This document shows, piece after piece, positions 1 through 9,128 of a DNA stretch of 64,000 nt (its first letter is position 1; each line of letters opens with the position of its first letter). Below the pieces are notes generated by a model. The model was not told the DNA's origin, made no database searches, and saw nothing but the letters and a program-made list of their open reading frames with translations. The DNA comes from a virus, in IMG/VR virus record IMGVR_UViG_3300028920_000062, positions 1-64,000 of that record. One strand, written 5' to 3'. The position numbers and the translations under genes were made by a program.

Positions 1-1
1 G

Positions 2-106
2 GACGATCTATCTAGAGAGATGGACGCATTTCAAAAGGGGGACGAACCTCAGCAGCCTGGACTCTCTCCTCAGAGCATTATCGACGCTGAGTTCGAAGAT
101 GAGTAA
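2..106 (+). CDS. 3' end of an upstream gene (partial), possibly terminase small subunit
   Basis: Frame 2 reads DDLSREMDAFQKGDEPQQPGLSPQSIIDAEFEDE*, with TAA at 104-106 overlapping the next ATG (TAATG). An acidic 'IIDAEFE' tail is reminiscent of small-terminase C-termini, but this is a weak inference. Confidence 0.5.
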   Translation, partial: DDLSREMDAFQKGDEPQQPGLSPQSIIDAEFEDE

Positions 107-3100
107 TGCGACACCGCGACCGGAAGTTCGTTAATGGAGAGTGGCTTTTTCAAGACAAGGAAGGAAATTGGAAACCAGGCAGGAAGGCAGGGAAGTTTGC
201 TTCCAAGAATGTAGGCCCCTCCCGTTCTCACATTCCCTGGGCTGATCCATCTGGTCCTGGTGAGCTATGGGCCCTCAGAATATCCAAAGCGATTGAGAAG
301 AATCCTGGAGCGGTCAAAAACCGCGCTCTCAGAGAACAGGCATTGGCTTATGCTGCTGTTGGGGGCTCTTTTGAAGCCACTGCTCCATTTGAATATTCAT
401 TTGAAACCGGTAAGAAGCTAAGGACTCGAGCGATTCCTTCTGAGAGGGAGGTTGCTCGGAGTCTTCGTCAGGGTCGGTATGAGCTATCTGGTTGGGCTAA
501 GAGGGTTATCAAGATGTCCTTGGGCCCCGAGGAGGCTCAATTTCTGCGAAGCCCCGAAAAATTTGATATTACCCCCTCATTTCTGGAGAGATGGGATAAG
601 GCTGCTAGAGCAAACAAGATCGTAAGGTCGGCAAAATTTCACAAATTATCGATGGAGACAATTCTGTTTCGAGCAGAAAGGGCAGGCGTTCTCTCTGAAG
701 TCCAAGAGATGCTTGGCACTAAGTCCCGCGAGGCTACCGCCTTAAAAAAGAGTATTCGCGGCGGAAAACCGTTTTTTGAGACTGCTATCAAATTTGCTCG
801 AGCAAAACCGTGGGCTGCCGCAGGTATTGGAATTGGAGTTGGAATTGCTGCTGCTCTTGCGATCAAGCCTCTTTCTTGGTTTTCTGGACGCGATGACGAC
901 TACAATACGATTGAGGGGCTTCCACACGGCGGCTTGGCCGGGCAGATGCGCTCTCAATTTACTGATTTCGGTAGTGGCTATCGTTCTTCAGATGATGGAT
1001 ATACGACATTAGACAAAATCGGAGGAGCGCTCATTTTTGCTAATGCCATAACAGCTCTTCCTAATATGGCCAGTAATCTAAAAATGGCTAGAGGCTATCA
1101 AAAAGGTTATATGACCTTTTACCATGGTACTCCTAACGCCAATGCCACAAAGCTTCTTTCGCAGGGACTAATTCCTGGGAATGAAGCCCAAAGACTTGCA
1201 GAAGAAGCTGAACTACAAGAAATTTTACGTCGCGCGAATCAAGAAAGAGCAAAGCAATTTAAGCTCTGGTTTGCAGCCCAAGAAGAAAGACTCGGTGGGT
1301 TTTCTGGTGAGGCTAAAACTCAATATGCCCAACATATCAAAAAACAAATTTCAAGTTTTAGGAAGAGCTGGCAAGAAGAGAAAGAGTTAATTATTAAAGG
1401 TTTTCGGCACAACAAAAATATGCACAAACCTTTTATTCCCGATGTTGCTCAAAAAGCAGCAATGCAAGATAAGGTAGGTCGCATATTTTTCTCTGCTCAT
1501 CCTTGGATTTCTAAATCTCATGCTGCAATGCAGGCTAATAAGGGACTTGGTCCTCTTGCGGCAAATATGAGGAAAATGGGGGGATTTTTAGGATATTTCC
1601 ATTCTTCTGTATGGAAGGCCCATGGATCTGGAAAGATTTTTGAATTTGCTCTTCCAATGAGTGAAGTAACTGCCCAAGTTAGTTTGGCTCCGCAATCCGA
1701 GGCCCTTTTGACTTCTTTAAAAATTCCTAAAGGAATTGCAAGCCGCTATGCGAAATTCACTTCCCTTTTTGCACAAACAAGCTTTGCGGCAGCAATTCCA
1801 ACTCTAGACCTTTCGAAAACAGGATCAGTAACTCCTGAAAAATTTTCTCGAGTTATTCCTGTAGAAGAAGGAAAGATTCTTTGGAATAAAGCTGAAAAAC
1901 TTGGTGCTTCGACAATTAAAGCCACTCCAAATTATTGGAAAGCAGCAGGAAGATTAGGAATGGCTCTTGTTCCATTGGCTACTATGGCCTTTGGACTTTC
2001 AGTCTTTTCGGGGAAGGATGATAGTTTCAATACTATTGAAGGACTGTCTGATCAAGGTATAGCCTCGAATTTACGACAGGACTTTGGTTCCGGCTGGCTT
2101 GGTCTTTGGGCAAGGGAAGACAGGAAAAGAGGAGGTTATCACAGGAGGAGAGGTCATACCCGCCGTGGCTACTGGTACAAGGGTCGTTGGGTAGAGAAGA
2201 AGTGGATCAAGAGTCATTTCGTCAAGCAGAATGAGAATGCCTTCGGCGCTCTGGCCGATAGAGGTGTTGCTGGCGAAACAAGGAAAGAGAACACTGATTT
2301 TGGTTCTGGGTTCAGATATCTGGACTTTGGAGGCCTGATTTCTGAGCAGACCGCTGATCAGAAGGTCACAGAGAACGAATGGAGGAAGATGCTGCGCACT
2401 GTGCGTATTGCACAGGACCAGGAGATCCTTCTTCAGATTCTGGATCGGGACGAAGCAAGAAGGTCGTTCAATAAGCAGCTGAGATGGCGTGACCAAGCAA
2501 AGTCCTCGAGAATAAAGAGATATTTGACAGAGCGTGAGTCGCTTGGAGCCTTCGGCTCGTTTACACCAGGAGCTAATGTTCTACAGGTTGGTGGCCTGGT
2601 TGACCCGCGAGATGTTGTTGCACAAGGATTCCTTCCTGTTGCTGCCGTAGGCAGTGATTCTCGGGAGCGAGCTATTGGCGAGATTCTGTATAACTGGCTA
2701 GACCCTAAGCGCGTTGAAGAAACTATTCTTCACGAAGGTCTTCACTCAATCTGGTCCAACGATATGGACCCGGTCCATAAGGCTAGATTTATTTCAGAAG
2801 CAGAAGAACAGCTGGGTGGGTGGTTTAAGAGCAGAGGGCCTGATGTAGAAGCTCTTGCCGGAAAGGCTCCTATCTATGCACAAGTGGTCCGAGCTGCCGA
2901 GGATACAAACAAACCTAAGTATGTTGAGTGGGTTGCAAATGAGATGTTTGCTCATCGTGGAGCGGCTCTTGCCTATTCTAATCTGGGTTATACGCTTGGG
3001 GAGAATCCTGCCCTAGATCGTATTGTAGGGGAGTATGTGCAACCAGGCCCTAGGAGGACCGTAGGAGCTCGCTTTGAAAATTTTGATCCCTCGGTCGCAC

Positions 3101-6100
3101 TGCAGGAGTATTTCGGACGCACAGAGTATTCTCGTGCGTTAGGAGAGCAAAAGGGAACCTTACTTCCGAAAGGGACGGGAGTGCAATTTTCGCGGGGCGG
3201 TGGTCTACCTACTGCTCTCATGGGCGTTCCAATTGACCCAGAGATTCTCGAGTTTCGAAGGAGGATGGATCAGCCAGGAGAGCGCTCTCGCATTCGCAGG
3301 CTAATTGAAGAGAGATCTGCCGAGTATCAGAAAACCTTGGGCTCTCTTGATAGTTCTGATTTCCTTCGCGGGGATATTGGGACGATAGAGGCCATCAATC
3401 GCAGACGCTCTGATCTCAAGGCAGTCAATTTAGACAGGTTCCAGATGGAGGTTGAGGACGCTGATACGATTGTCCTCAAGCGCCGTGGAATCATTCCTAG
3501 CATTAAATCTTTCTTCGGTTATGGCGATACCTATGTTCGCTTAGCAGGTATTGACGCACCTGAAGTAGAGGCTCATAAGGGTGATCCTCTTGCCCCATTC
3601 CGTATTTGGCAGGACCAGCCTGCTGGAACTAAGGCTACTTGGGCCCTAAAGAGAATGCTGGCCGAGCAGGATGAAGTTAAGTTAGTTATTTCTCAGGATC
3701 AAAAGACTTATGGTCGCTATCTCGGTGTTCTAGCTAATGAAGAGGGTACAAATATTAATATGGAGCTCCTTAGAGGAGGAGCTGTATCTGCACTACCATT
3801 TGGTCCAAGAAAGACAGATATTCTGCTTAGAGAGCAGGCTAGGGCAGCAGAAGAGACTGCGCGGGTCCACAGAAGGGGAATGTGGAGTTATGCTCGCTAC
3901 CAGGCTACTCATATCGCAGAACGCTATATCGGCAGGAATATTACTCACAATACCCTCACAAGACTAGATAAGCTCTCTGGAAATCTAACCTTGGGGGCAT
4001 ATGGTTCTTTCCTTAATAGCTTTGGGGCCCAACAAAGGGAGCTAACTTTTGAGGAGATTGCTCAAGCTAGAAGAATAGGGAAAGCTCTTAGAAAAACACA
4101 TGGTCCTCCTCCCATGGCTGGAGCCCAGACCTTTTCTGGCAAGGATGATGCCCATCTTCAGATAGAAGGGTTGAGTCACCAAGGTATTGCCTGGCAGTTG
4201 CGTCAAGCAATGACGGACTTTGGTTCTGGTTTCAAGGGCGCTCTTATTTCTCAGATTCCTAAGGCCTTGGGAGGAGTATCTGCTTGGAAGGGTCGTCATA
4301 CCGTGGCGGCTGGCGCTGCTGCTTTGGGGATGATAGGAGGAGTAGGAGCTCTTACTGGCGGATGGAGCTCTGAAAACGCTGAAGGCGACCAAGAGGCGTC
4401 TTGGGGTAAGCGCATAGCCACTGGTGCCGGCCTAATGGTTGGTGGGGTTGGTTTGGCTATTGGAGTACCTGCTGCAGCTGTGGCCAGATCTGCTTATAAA
4501 GCTGTTGCGTCTACATTAGGGAAGGAAAAGGCTCGCCAAGTTGCAAAAAATGCATTTGTCACCCAGCTTAAGGTTGGGGGCCGCTCTATCCTTGAGTTTC
4601 CAAAAACTGCTTTTAGAATTCATACTGACAAAGAAATAGTTGCACAAATGAGGCAAGCCGGAGCTGAAAGAGGACTTACCGGTATTCACTCTACTGCTCT
4701 TGGCCGAGGACTTGCTGTTCCAGCTAAATATATAGGAGAAAAGGCCGAAGGTGCTATTGAGCATACGGCTAGTTGGTTAGGCAAAAATTGGATACCTAAG
4801 CTAAAGGAGGGGGATCCAGCAGCCATTGCTCTAGCCGGCATGTCTGTTTTTGATGCTTATCATGCTGCCCATAGTGCATATGAAGGTGATATTGGCGGTG
4901 TAGCAGGAAGCTTAGCTAAGTTTGCTGGGGCTAAGTATGCCTATATGGGATGGCATCATAGGAAACCTATTGGTGAGTGGATTAAGAAGCAAAAGCTTGC
5001 AGATTATGCGGTCTATGCCACTGCAGGTATGCAGGCACTAGGGACTATGCGCAATGCTGCTCTCGAGGCTGCCCAGTACCATTTGGCCTATACAAGAACC
5101 GGGGTATCGGTTGGTCAGTATTATTCTATTGGAGCAGAGAAGTACGGAGAGACTTTCCTTCGTATGGCTAATCAGGCTAAGGATGATTATGCAAGAGCTC
5201 TCGGGCAACTTGATGACAAAACTATTCAAGCAATAATGGCTGATTCTCGTATTAAGGGATTGACTCAAGAATTTGGGAAGATATCTAGCGAGGCAAAGAA
5301 AACAGCAGAAGCTGCTAATAGGTTAACTAAGGAACAGTTTGTAGAGAACCTCAGAAAAGCACAGGGCCGAGCAGCCGAGGTTGGGCCAGATATTGAGCAA
5401 AAGACCTGGCTTGGCTCTAAGGCCGCTGAGCGTTTTGTTAACCAAGATATAGAACAGGCGTGGGGAGTTTTTGAGCAAACAAGAAAAGCCGCACAAAGGG
5501 CTAGTGAGGCAGCTGGAGTAATTAGTCCTGAAACAGATGCGGTTTTTTCTAGGATTAAGAACCTAGGGAAAGATTTTAATTTTGAAGATCTTTCAGAAGT
5601 AATTCCAAAAAGAGGTTCTGCTGTCAATGCATTTGATGGGATGCGTCACGGAGGACTTGCTGGGGAACTAAGGAAACAAAATACTGATTTTGGTTCAGTT
5701 GTAGATTTAGCTAAGGCTGCTAATCGGGCTCAGGAATTATATTTCCGTGGATTCAAGGAAATCTTTAAAAAGAGTGGACTAGACGTTTCTGCGATGGAAT
5801 TCAGCTCCAGTGTATCGTTACGTGGAGGGGGAACGATGCTCCAGGTGTTTGCTCGCGATCCTGGCGGCAAAACACTTATGCAGGCAGACCGGCTTTTATC
5901 CGAAGAGTCTGTAGAACTTTTTTCTGTTTTTCTTGCGAAGGATTTGCGGGGGAAGGGTATCGGTAGGCATTTTTATGATATTGAGCCCAGGCTTCTGCGG
6001 CAAGCGGGGTATGAGGCAGGAACTGTTGTCACTTCGCCAGCTGTTATCAATCCAGTTACTGCTAGATGGCAAATGAAGCAATACGGCGCTCAAATTGCTG

Positions 6101-7362
6101 CGTCAGAAGGGTATAGCGCAGAAAGATCTGCCGAATTAACCCGTCAGATTCTCGAGAAGAAGATAACTCACGAGACAATGCCTATGGCAGGTTTAGCTCT
6201 TGAAGGGAAACTGCCTGCTGCTCCTAAATTTTCTTCAACCCAGCCAAAGTGGTCTCAACTAACTGATGTTCCACAGCAGGTTCGAGCTACTGACGTAGAT
6301 GTAGAATCTGCCATTGCTAATCTTTCTAAGACTCAGGCTGGTTGGAGACAAATGGATGAATCCAGAAAGTTGTTGTCTAATCCTGTCAGGATCAAAGGGC
6401 TTAGAAAAAACTTTGCCGTAGATAGAGTGCCAGAGGCAGTTCCTACTCGTGGTTCCGCTTCAAATTCATTTGACGGAATGGGTCATACTGGTCTTGCAAG
6501 TCATTCTAGAAAGAAGAATACCGACTTTGGATCTCGATGGAATGCCCTTAAAGGTCTGGTCCGGGCTGGCGAAACATTTGAAAAGATGGTTGCCGGTAGT
6601 GAGTTTAAGGCTGCTCTTAGTGCAGCCAAACAGATAAAGCATATTAAGAAAGGTCCTGGTGGCGGGTTCTATTCAGATATTTTTATCATGGAAGGAACCT
6701 TCAGAGATCAGCAATTCAAGTTTGTTCGGAAGGTCGGCCACTTAGGAGAGCACGAAGCTAAGGCGCAAATGGCCGGCGCGCACGAAATGCTTCCTGATGT
6801 CTATTCTTTCAAGACTACTGCAGGGAAGGCCATAGAGACAGATAGGGTTAGGCTTCAGCAGGGTGTTATGGAGATGGAGTATTTCGAGGGGAAGACCTTA
6901 TCTGAGCTTCAGGCAGCTAAGGCCATTTCTGGTTCAGAGGTCAACAAGATTAGAGGTCAAGCACAGGAGCTTTATCAGAAAACTGTGCCAGGTTGGCAGA
7001 ATCCTGACATTCATCCTGGCAACATTATGATGGTTCCTACAGGTCAGAAAGGAACATATAATCTCGGCCTTATAGACCTAGGACTAGCTACTCCTACTGC
7101 CTCTACAGGAGCGCGGGTTGCAGAAGCCGCTGCTCGTATAAAAACAGTTGAGCTTCCTCTTCACCCCACAAAGGGTCCACAAAAGCAGGAAAGCTTACTG
7201 GAAAGTATGGTGCCTAAGTCTGAAAAGCAGAGAAGGTTATTAGAGAAGGTAGCAAGGCAGAAGGCCCAACAAGCTTTAGCTCAAAAGGCCACACAAAGAG
7301 CGACATCAGAAGCCGCTTTGCGTGGTGGAAAAGGACACAAAGCATTTAAAAGTAAAGGATAG
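106..7362 (+). CDS. Giant polyvalent multi-effector protein (ART-like, zincin metallopeptidase, SNase thermonuclease, GNAT and kinase-like domains separated by a repeated linker)
   Basis: 2418-aa ORF. Motifs: FYHGT..IFFS (1117); HEGLH..NEMFA (2731); DADT/RLAGIDAPE/YGRYLG (3457-3726); RGKGIG (5947); MEY/DIHPGN/IDLG (about 6870-7083). Six (T)DFGS-ending repeats. Confidence 0.8.
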   Translation: MRHRDRKFVNGEWLFQDKEGNWKPGRKAGKFASKNVGPSRSHIPWADPSGPGELWALRISKAIEKNPGAVKNRALREQALAYAAVGGSFEATAPFEYSFETGKKLRTRAIPSEREVARSLRQGRYELSGWAKRVIKMSLGPEEAQFLRSPEKFDITPSFLERWDKAARANKIVRSAKFHKLSMETILFRAERAGVLSEVQEMLGTKSREATALKKSIRGGKPFFETAIKFARAKPWAAAGIGIGVGIAAALAIKPLSWFSGRDDDYNTIEGLPHGGLAGQMRSQFTDFGSGYRSSDDGYTTLDKIGGALIFANAITALPNMASNLKMARGYQKGYMTFYHGTPNANATKLLSQGLIPGNEAQRLAEEAELQEILRRANQERAKQFKLWFAAQEERLGGFSGEAKTQYAQHIKKQISSFRKSWQEEKELIIKGFRHNKNMHKPFIPDVAQKAAMQDKVGRIFFSAHPWISKSHAAMQANKGLGPLAANMRKMGGFLGYFHSSVWKAHGSGKIFEFALPMSEVTAQVSLAPQSEALLTSLKIPKGIASRYAKFTSLFAQTSFAAAIPTLDLSKTGSVTPEKFSRVIPVEEGKILWNKAEKLGASTIKATPNYWKAAGRLGMALVPLATMAFGLSVFSGKDDSFNTIEGLSDQGIASNLRQDFGSGWLGLWAREDRKRGGYHRRRGHTRRGYWYKGRWVEKKWIKSHFVKQNENAFGALADRGVAGETRKENTDFGSGFRYLDFGGLISEQTADQKVTENEWRKMLRTVRIAQDQEILLQILDRDEARRSFNKQLRWRDQAKSSRIKRYLTERESLGAFGSFTPGANVLQVGGLVDPRDVVAQGFLPVAAVGSDSRERAIGEILYNWLDPKRVEETILHEGLHSIWSNDMDPVHKARFISEAEEQLGGWFKSRGPDVEALAGKAPIYAQVVRAAEDTNKPKYVEWVANEMFAHRGAALAYSNLGYTLGENPALDRIVGEYVQPGPRRTVGARFENFDPSVALQEYFGRTEYSRALGEQKGTLLPKGTGVQFSRGGGLPTALMGVPIDPEILEFRRRMDQPGERSRIRRLIEERSAEYQKTLGSLDSSDFLRGDIGTIEAINRRRSDLKAVNLDRFQMEVEDADTIVLKRRGIIPSIKSFFGYGDTYVRLAGIDAPEVEAHKGDPLAPFRIWQDQPAGTKATWALKRMLAEQDEVKLVISQDQKTYGRYLGVLANEEGTNINMELLRGGAVSALPFGPRKTDILLREQARAAEETARVHRRGMWSYARYQATHIAERYIGRNITHNTLTRLDKLSGNLTLGAYGSFLNSFGAQQRELTFEEIAQARRIGKALRKTHGPPPMAGAQTFSGKDDAHLQIEGLSHQGIAWQLRQAMTDFGSGFKGALISQIPKALGGVSAWKGRHTVAAGAAALGMIGGVGALTGGWSSENAEGDQEASWGKRIATGAGLMVGGVGLAIGVPAAAVARSAYKAVASTLGKEKARQVAKNAFVTQLKVGGRSILEFPKTAFRIHTDKEIVAQMRQAGAERGLTGIHSTALGRGLAVPAKYIGEKAEGAIEHTASWLGKNWIPKLKEGDPAAIALAGMSVFDAYHAAHSAYEGDIGGVAGSLAKFAGAKYAYMGWHHRKPIGEWIKKQKLADYAVYATAGMQALGTMRNAALEAAQYHLAYTRTGVSVGQYYSIGAEKYGETFLRMANQAKDDYARALGQLDDKTIQAIMADSRIKGLTQEFGKISSEAKKTAEAANRLTKEQFVENLRKAQGRAAEVGPDIEQKTWLGSKAAERFVNQDIEQAWGVFEQTRKAAQRASEAAGVISPETDAVFSRIKNLGKDFNFEDLSEVIPKRGSAVNAFDGMRHGGLAGELRKQNTDFGSVVDLAKAANRAQELYFRGFKEIFKKSGLDVSAMEFSSSVSLRGGGTMLQVFARDPGGKTLMQADRLLSEESVELFSVFLAKDLRGKGIGRHFYDIEPRLLRQAGYEAGTVVTSPAVINPVTARWQMKQYGAQIAASEGYSAERSAELTRQILEKKITHETMPMAGLALEGKLPAAPKFSSTQPKWSQLTDVPQQVRATDVDVESAIANLSKTQAGWRQMDESRKLLSNPVRIKGLRKNFAVDRVPEAVPTRGSASNSFDGMGHTGLASHSRKKNTDFGSRWNALKGLVRAGETFEKMVAGSEFKAALSAAKQIKHIKKGPGGGFYSDIFIMEGTFRDQQFKFVRKVGHLGEHEAKAQMAGAHEMLPDVYSFKTTAGKAIETDRVRLQQGVMEMEYFEGKTLSELQAAKAISGSEVNKIRGQAQELYQKTVPGWQNPDIHPGNIMMVPTGQKGTYNLGLIDLGLATPTASTGARVAEAAARIKTVELPLHPTKGPQKQESLLESMVPKSEKQRRLLEKVARQKAQQALAQKATQRATSEAALRGGKGHKAFKSKG
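880..6534 (+). repeat. Six dispersed intragenic protein-level repeats (880-978, 2005-2094, 2236-2310, 4132-4230, 5605-5697, 6442-6534)
   Basis: FSGRDDDYNTIEGLPHGGLAGQMRSQFTDFGSG; FSGKDDSFNTIEGLSDQGIASNLRQDFGSG; NAFGALADRGVAGETRKENTDFGSG; FSGKDDAHLQIEGLSHQGIAWQLRQAMTDFGSG; NAFDGMRHGGLAGELRKQNTDFGS; NSFDGMGHTGLASHSRKKNTDFGS. Confidence 0.95.
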
Positions 7363-7379
7363 TATTGTAGGATAAGGTT

Positions 7380-8312
7380 ATGGGAATACTTGGAACATTA
7401 GGAAGGGGAGCCTTTGGTTTAGTCAAAGGAGCAACTACAGGTGGCTTCGCAGCGCGAACTGCTATTGGTGCAGGTATAGGTGGTGTCGCTGGTGCGATTC
7501 AGGGTGACTATGCTAATCCGAATGCTCGGATTGAAAGCATAATTAAAGGGGCAGCTCTTGGAGCAACTGTTGGTGGCGCCCTTGGTTTAAATAAGAGTAT
7601 TGGTCGGATGATGGCTCCTCGAGCACTTCGAAAAAAAGCCGAGTCTGTAATTGGGAAACATGCCTTTGAAAAACAATGGTCTCATGTTCCTGCCTGGGGG
7701 AAAGATACGGCCTGGCGAGCTGAGCGCCAATCTGCTTTTCGTGAGGAATTTGCTAAGAAAGCTTCGGCTGAAGCTTGGAAGTATACTCCTACCTCTATGT
7801 TAGCTAAAAGCATCTTTAAGAACCCTATGGGTGCTGCCGGAGAAGGGTTTTTGGCCCGAAATAAACGCATAGGTCAAGAGCGACTAAGAAGCTATCTGGG
7901 AGATACTCTGGGAGCAGAAACATTTGTTCAAAGTCGTGGTGATATTGCTGCTAGGTATTCTCCTCTTGGTAGAGCTGCGGCTGCTCCTACACAAATGCTG
8001 TCTTCTATAGTTAACCATCCTTATCTAGCACTTGGTGGAGTTGGTATTGCAGCAGCGACATATGCTGGGGTAACGTCTCCTGCTTCTCCTACTCTGAGTG
8101 GCGATGTTGAGCGCGCACAAAAGGGACTTAATGCTACTACTAAAGTAAACTATAATACTCAGGCCATGGCAGCTCATACTCTCAGGGAGTCTGGAGTTGC
8201 CCCTATGGGAGCTATGGGAACAGTTCCACAAATGATGGGACCGATGCAACAAGCGTTTCAAAAGAGTACTTCTGGTGTAGTGCAAGGACTACATAGAGGG
8301 AGGCATGGTTAA
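7380..8312 (+). CDS. Gly/Ala-rich basic protein with glycine-zipper hydrophobic segments (putative internal/ejection virion protein)
   Basis: 310 aa; GAGIGGVAGAI, GAALGATVGGALG, LALGGVGIAAATYAGV; TAATG-coupled to the next gene. Confidence 0.6.
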   Translation: MGILGTLGRGAFGLVKGATTGGFAARTAIGAGIGGVAGAIQGDYANPNARIESIIKGAALGATVGGALGLNKSIGRMMAPRALRKKAESVIGKHAFEKQWSHVPAWGKDTAWRAERQSAFREEFAKKASAEAWKYTPTSMLAKSIFKNPMGAAGEGFLARNKRIGQERLRSYLGDTLGAETFVQSRGDIAARYSPLGRAAAAPTQMLSSIVNHPYLALGGVGIAAATYAGVTSPASPTLSGDVERAQKGLNATTKVNYNTQAMAAHTLRESGVAPMGAMGTVPQMMGPMQQAFQKSTSGVVQGLHRGRHG

Positions 8313-9124
8313 TGGCTAGTGATAGAGGTATCTTTGCTCAGGCAAAAACTGGAGTGCAAAATGCTGGAGGTAAGTTAAGAGATTTTTCAGATCTAGCCAA
8401 GGCTGGTGCTCATAATACTGCTGCGGCTTGGCATGGCATGGGAAGAACTGCAGCGGGTGGAGCATTTCGTTCTGGCGTTGCTGAAACTTTTGGATTTGTT
8501 TATGGCGGTCCTAACAATAGTGATTATAGGGGTTTTCTTGGAATAAAGGACCACGACTTTAAGGGCAATTTCAGAAAGGCTCGAAATGTTCGTAGAGCTG
8601 CAATGAAATGGAAAGCTAGCCCTAACGCCTCTTTTTTACGAAAACAGGCTGTTGGTATGAAATATGCCATGAGGTCTGCTCCTGGTCGAGCTCTAAAGTC
8701 TGCGGTGGGTAGTATGGCAGGTAAGGCGATTTTTCCTGCCTTTACAGCTGTTAGTATGTATTCTGCTTACCAAGAAGGCGGTGTTGGTGCTGCACTGAAA
8801 GCTGGAGCTACAGAGGCTGCGGTCTGGGGTGGTCTGAAGCTGGCTGGAGCTATAATTGGTTCAACAACCACAGCCGCTATTGGTGGTGTTGCCGCACTGG
8901 GGTTTGGCTACCATGCTTTGGGAACAGCAGCTAAATCGTATCGAAAGGGTTTGCAAAATCTTGAGATGGGAGCTCCAGTGAAAGATCCTTATGGAACTAC
9001 TGCGACCCTCAGAGCTCGTTCGTTGCAGGCGTTGAATAGTTCGGCCGTTAACGGTAGAATGGCAATGGGGAATGAAGCGTTATTGATGCACGATAGCGCT
9101 TATAGTCCCGCCTTTGGGAGGTAA
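8312..9124 (+). CDS. Gly/Ala-rich basic protein with hydrophobic helices, function unknown
   Basis: 270 aa; VWGGLKLAGAIIG..AAIGGVAALGFGY; coupled start. Confidence 0.6.
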   Translation: MASDRGIFAQAKTGVQNAGGKLRDFSDLAKAGAHNTAAAWHGMGRTAAGGAFRSGVAETFGFVYGGPNNSDYRGFLGIKDHDFKGNFRKARNVRRAAMKWKASPNASFLRKQAVGMKYAMRSAPGRALKSAVGSMAGKAIFPAFTAVSMYSAYQEGGVGAALKAGATEAAVWGGLKLAGAIIGSTTTAAIGGVAALGFGYHALGTAAKSYRKGLQNLEMGAPVKDPYGTTATLRARSLQALNSSAVNGRMAMGNEALLMHDSAYSPAFGR

Positions 9125-9128
9125 GTAA

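Noticed and set aside
880-6534. CRISPR array or DNA-level recombination repeats
   Set aside because: The repeats are in frame, irregularly spaced (0.1-1.8 kb) and synonymous-divergent, so conservation is at the protein level.
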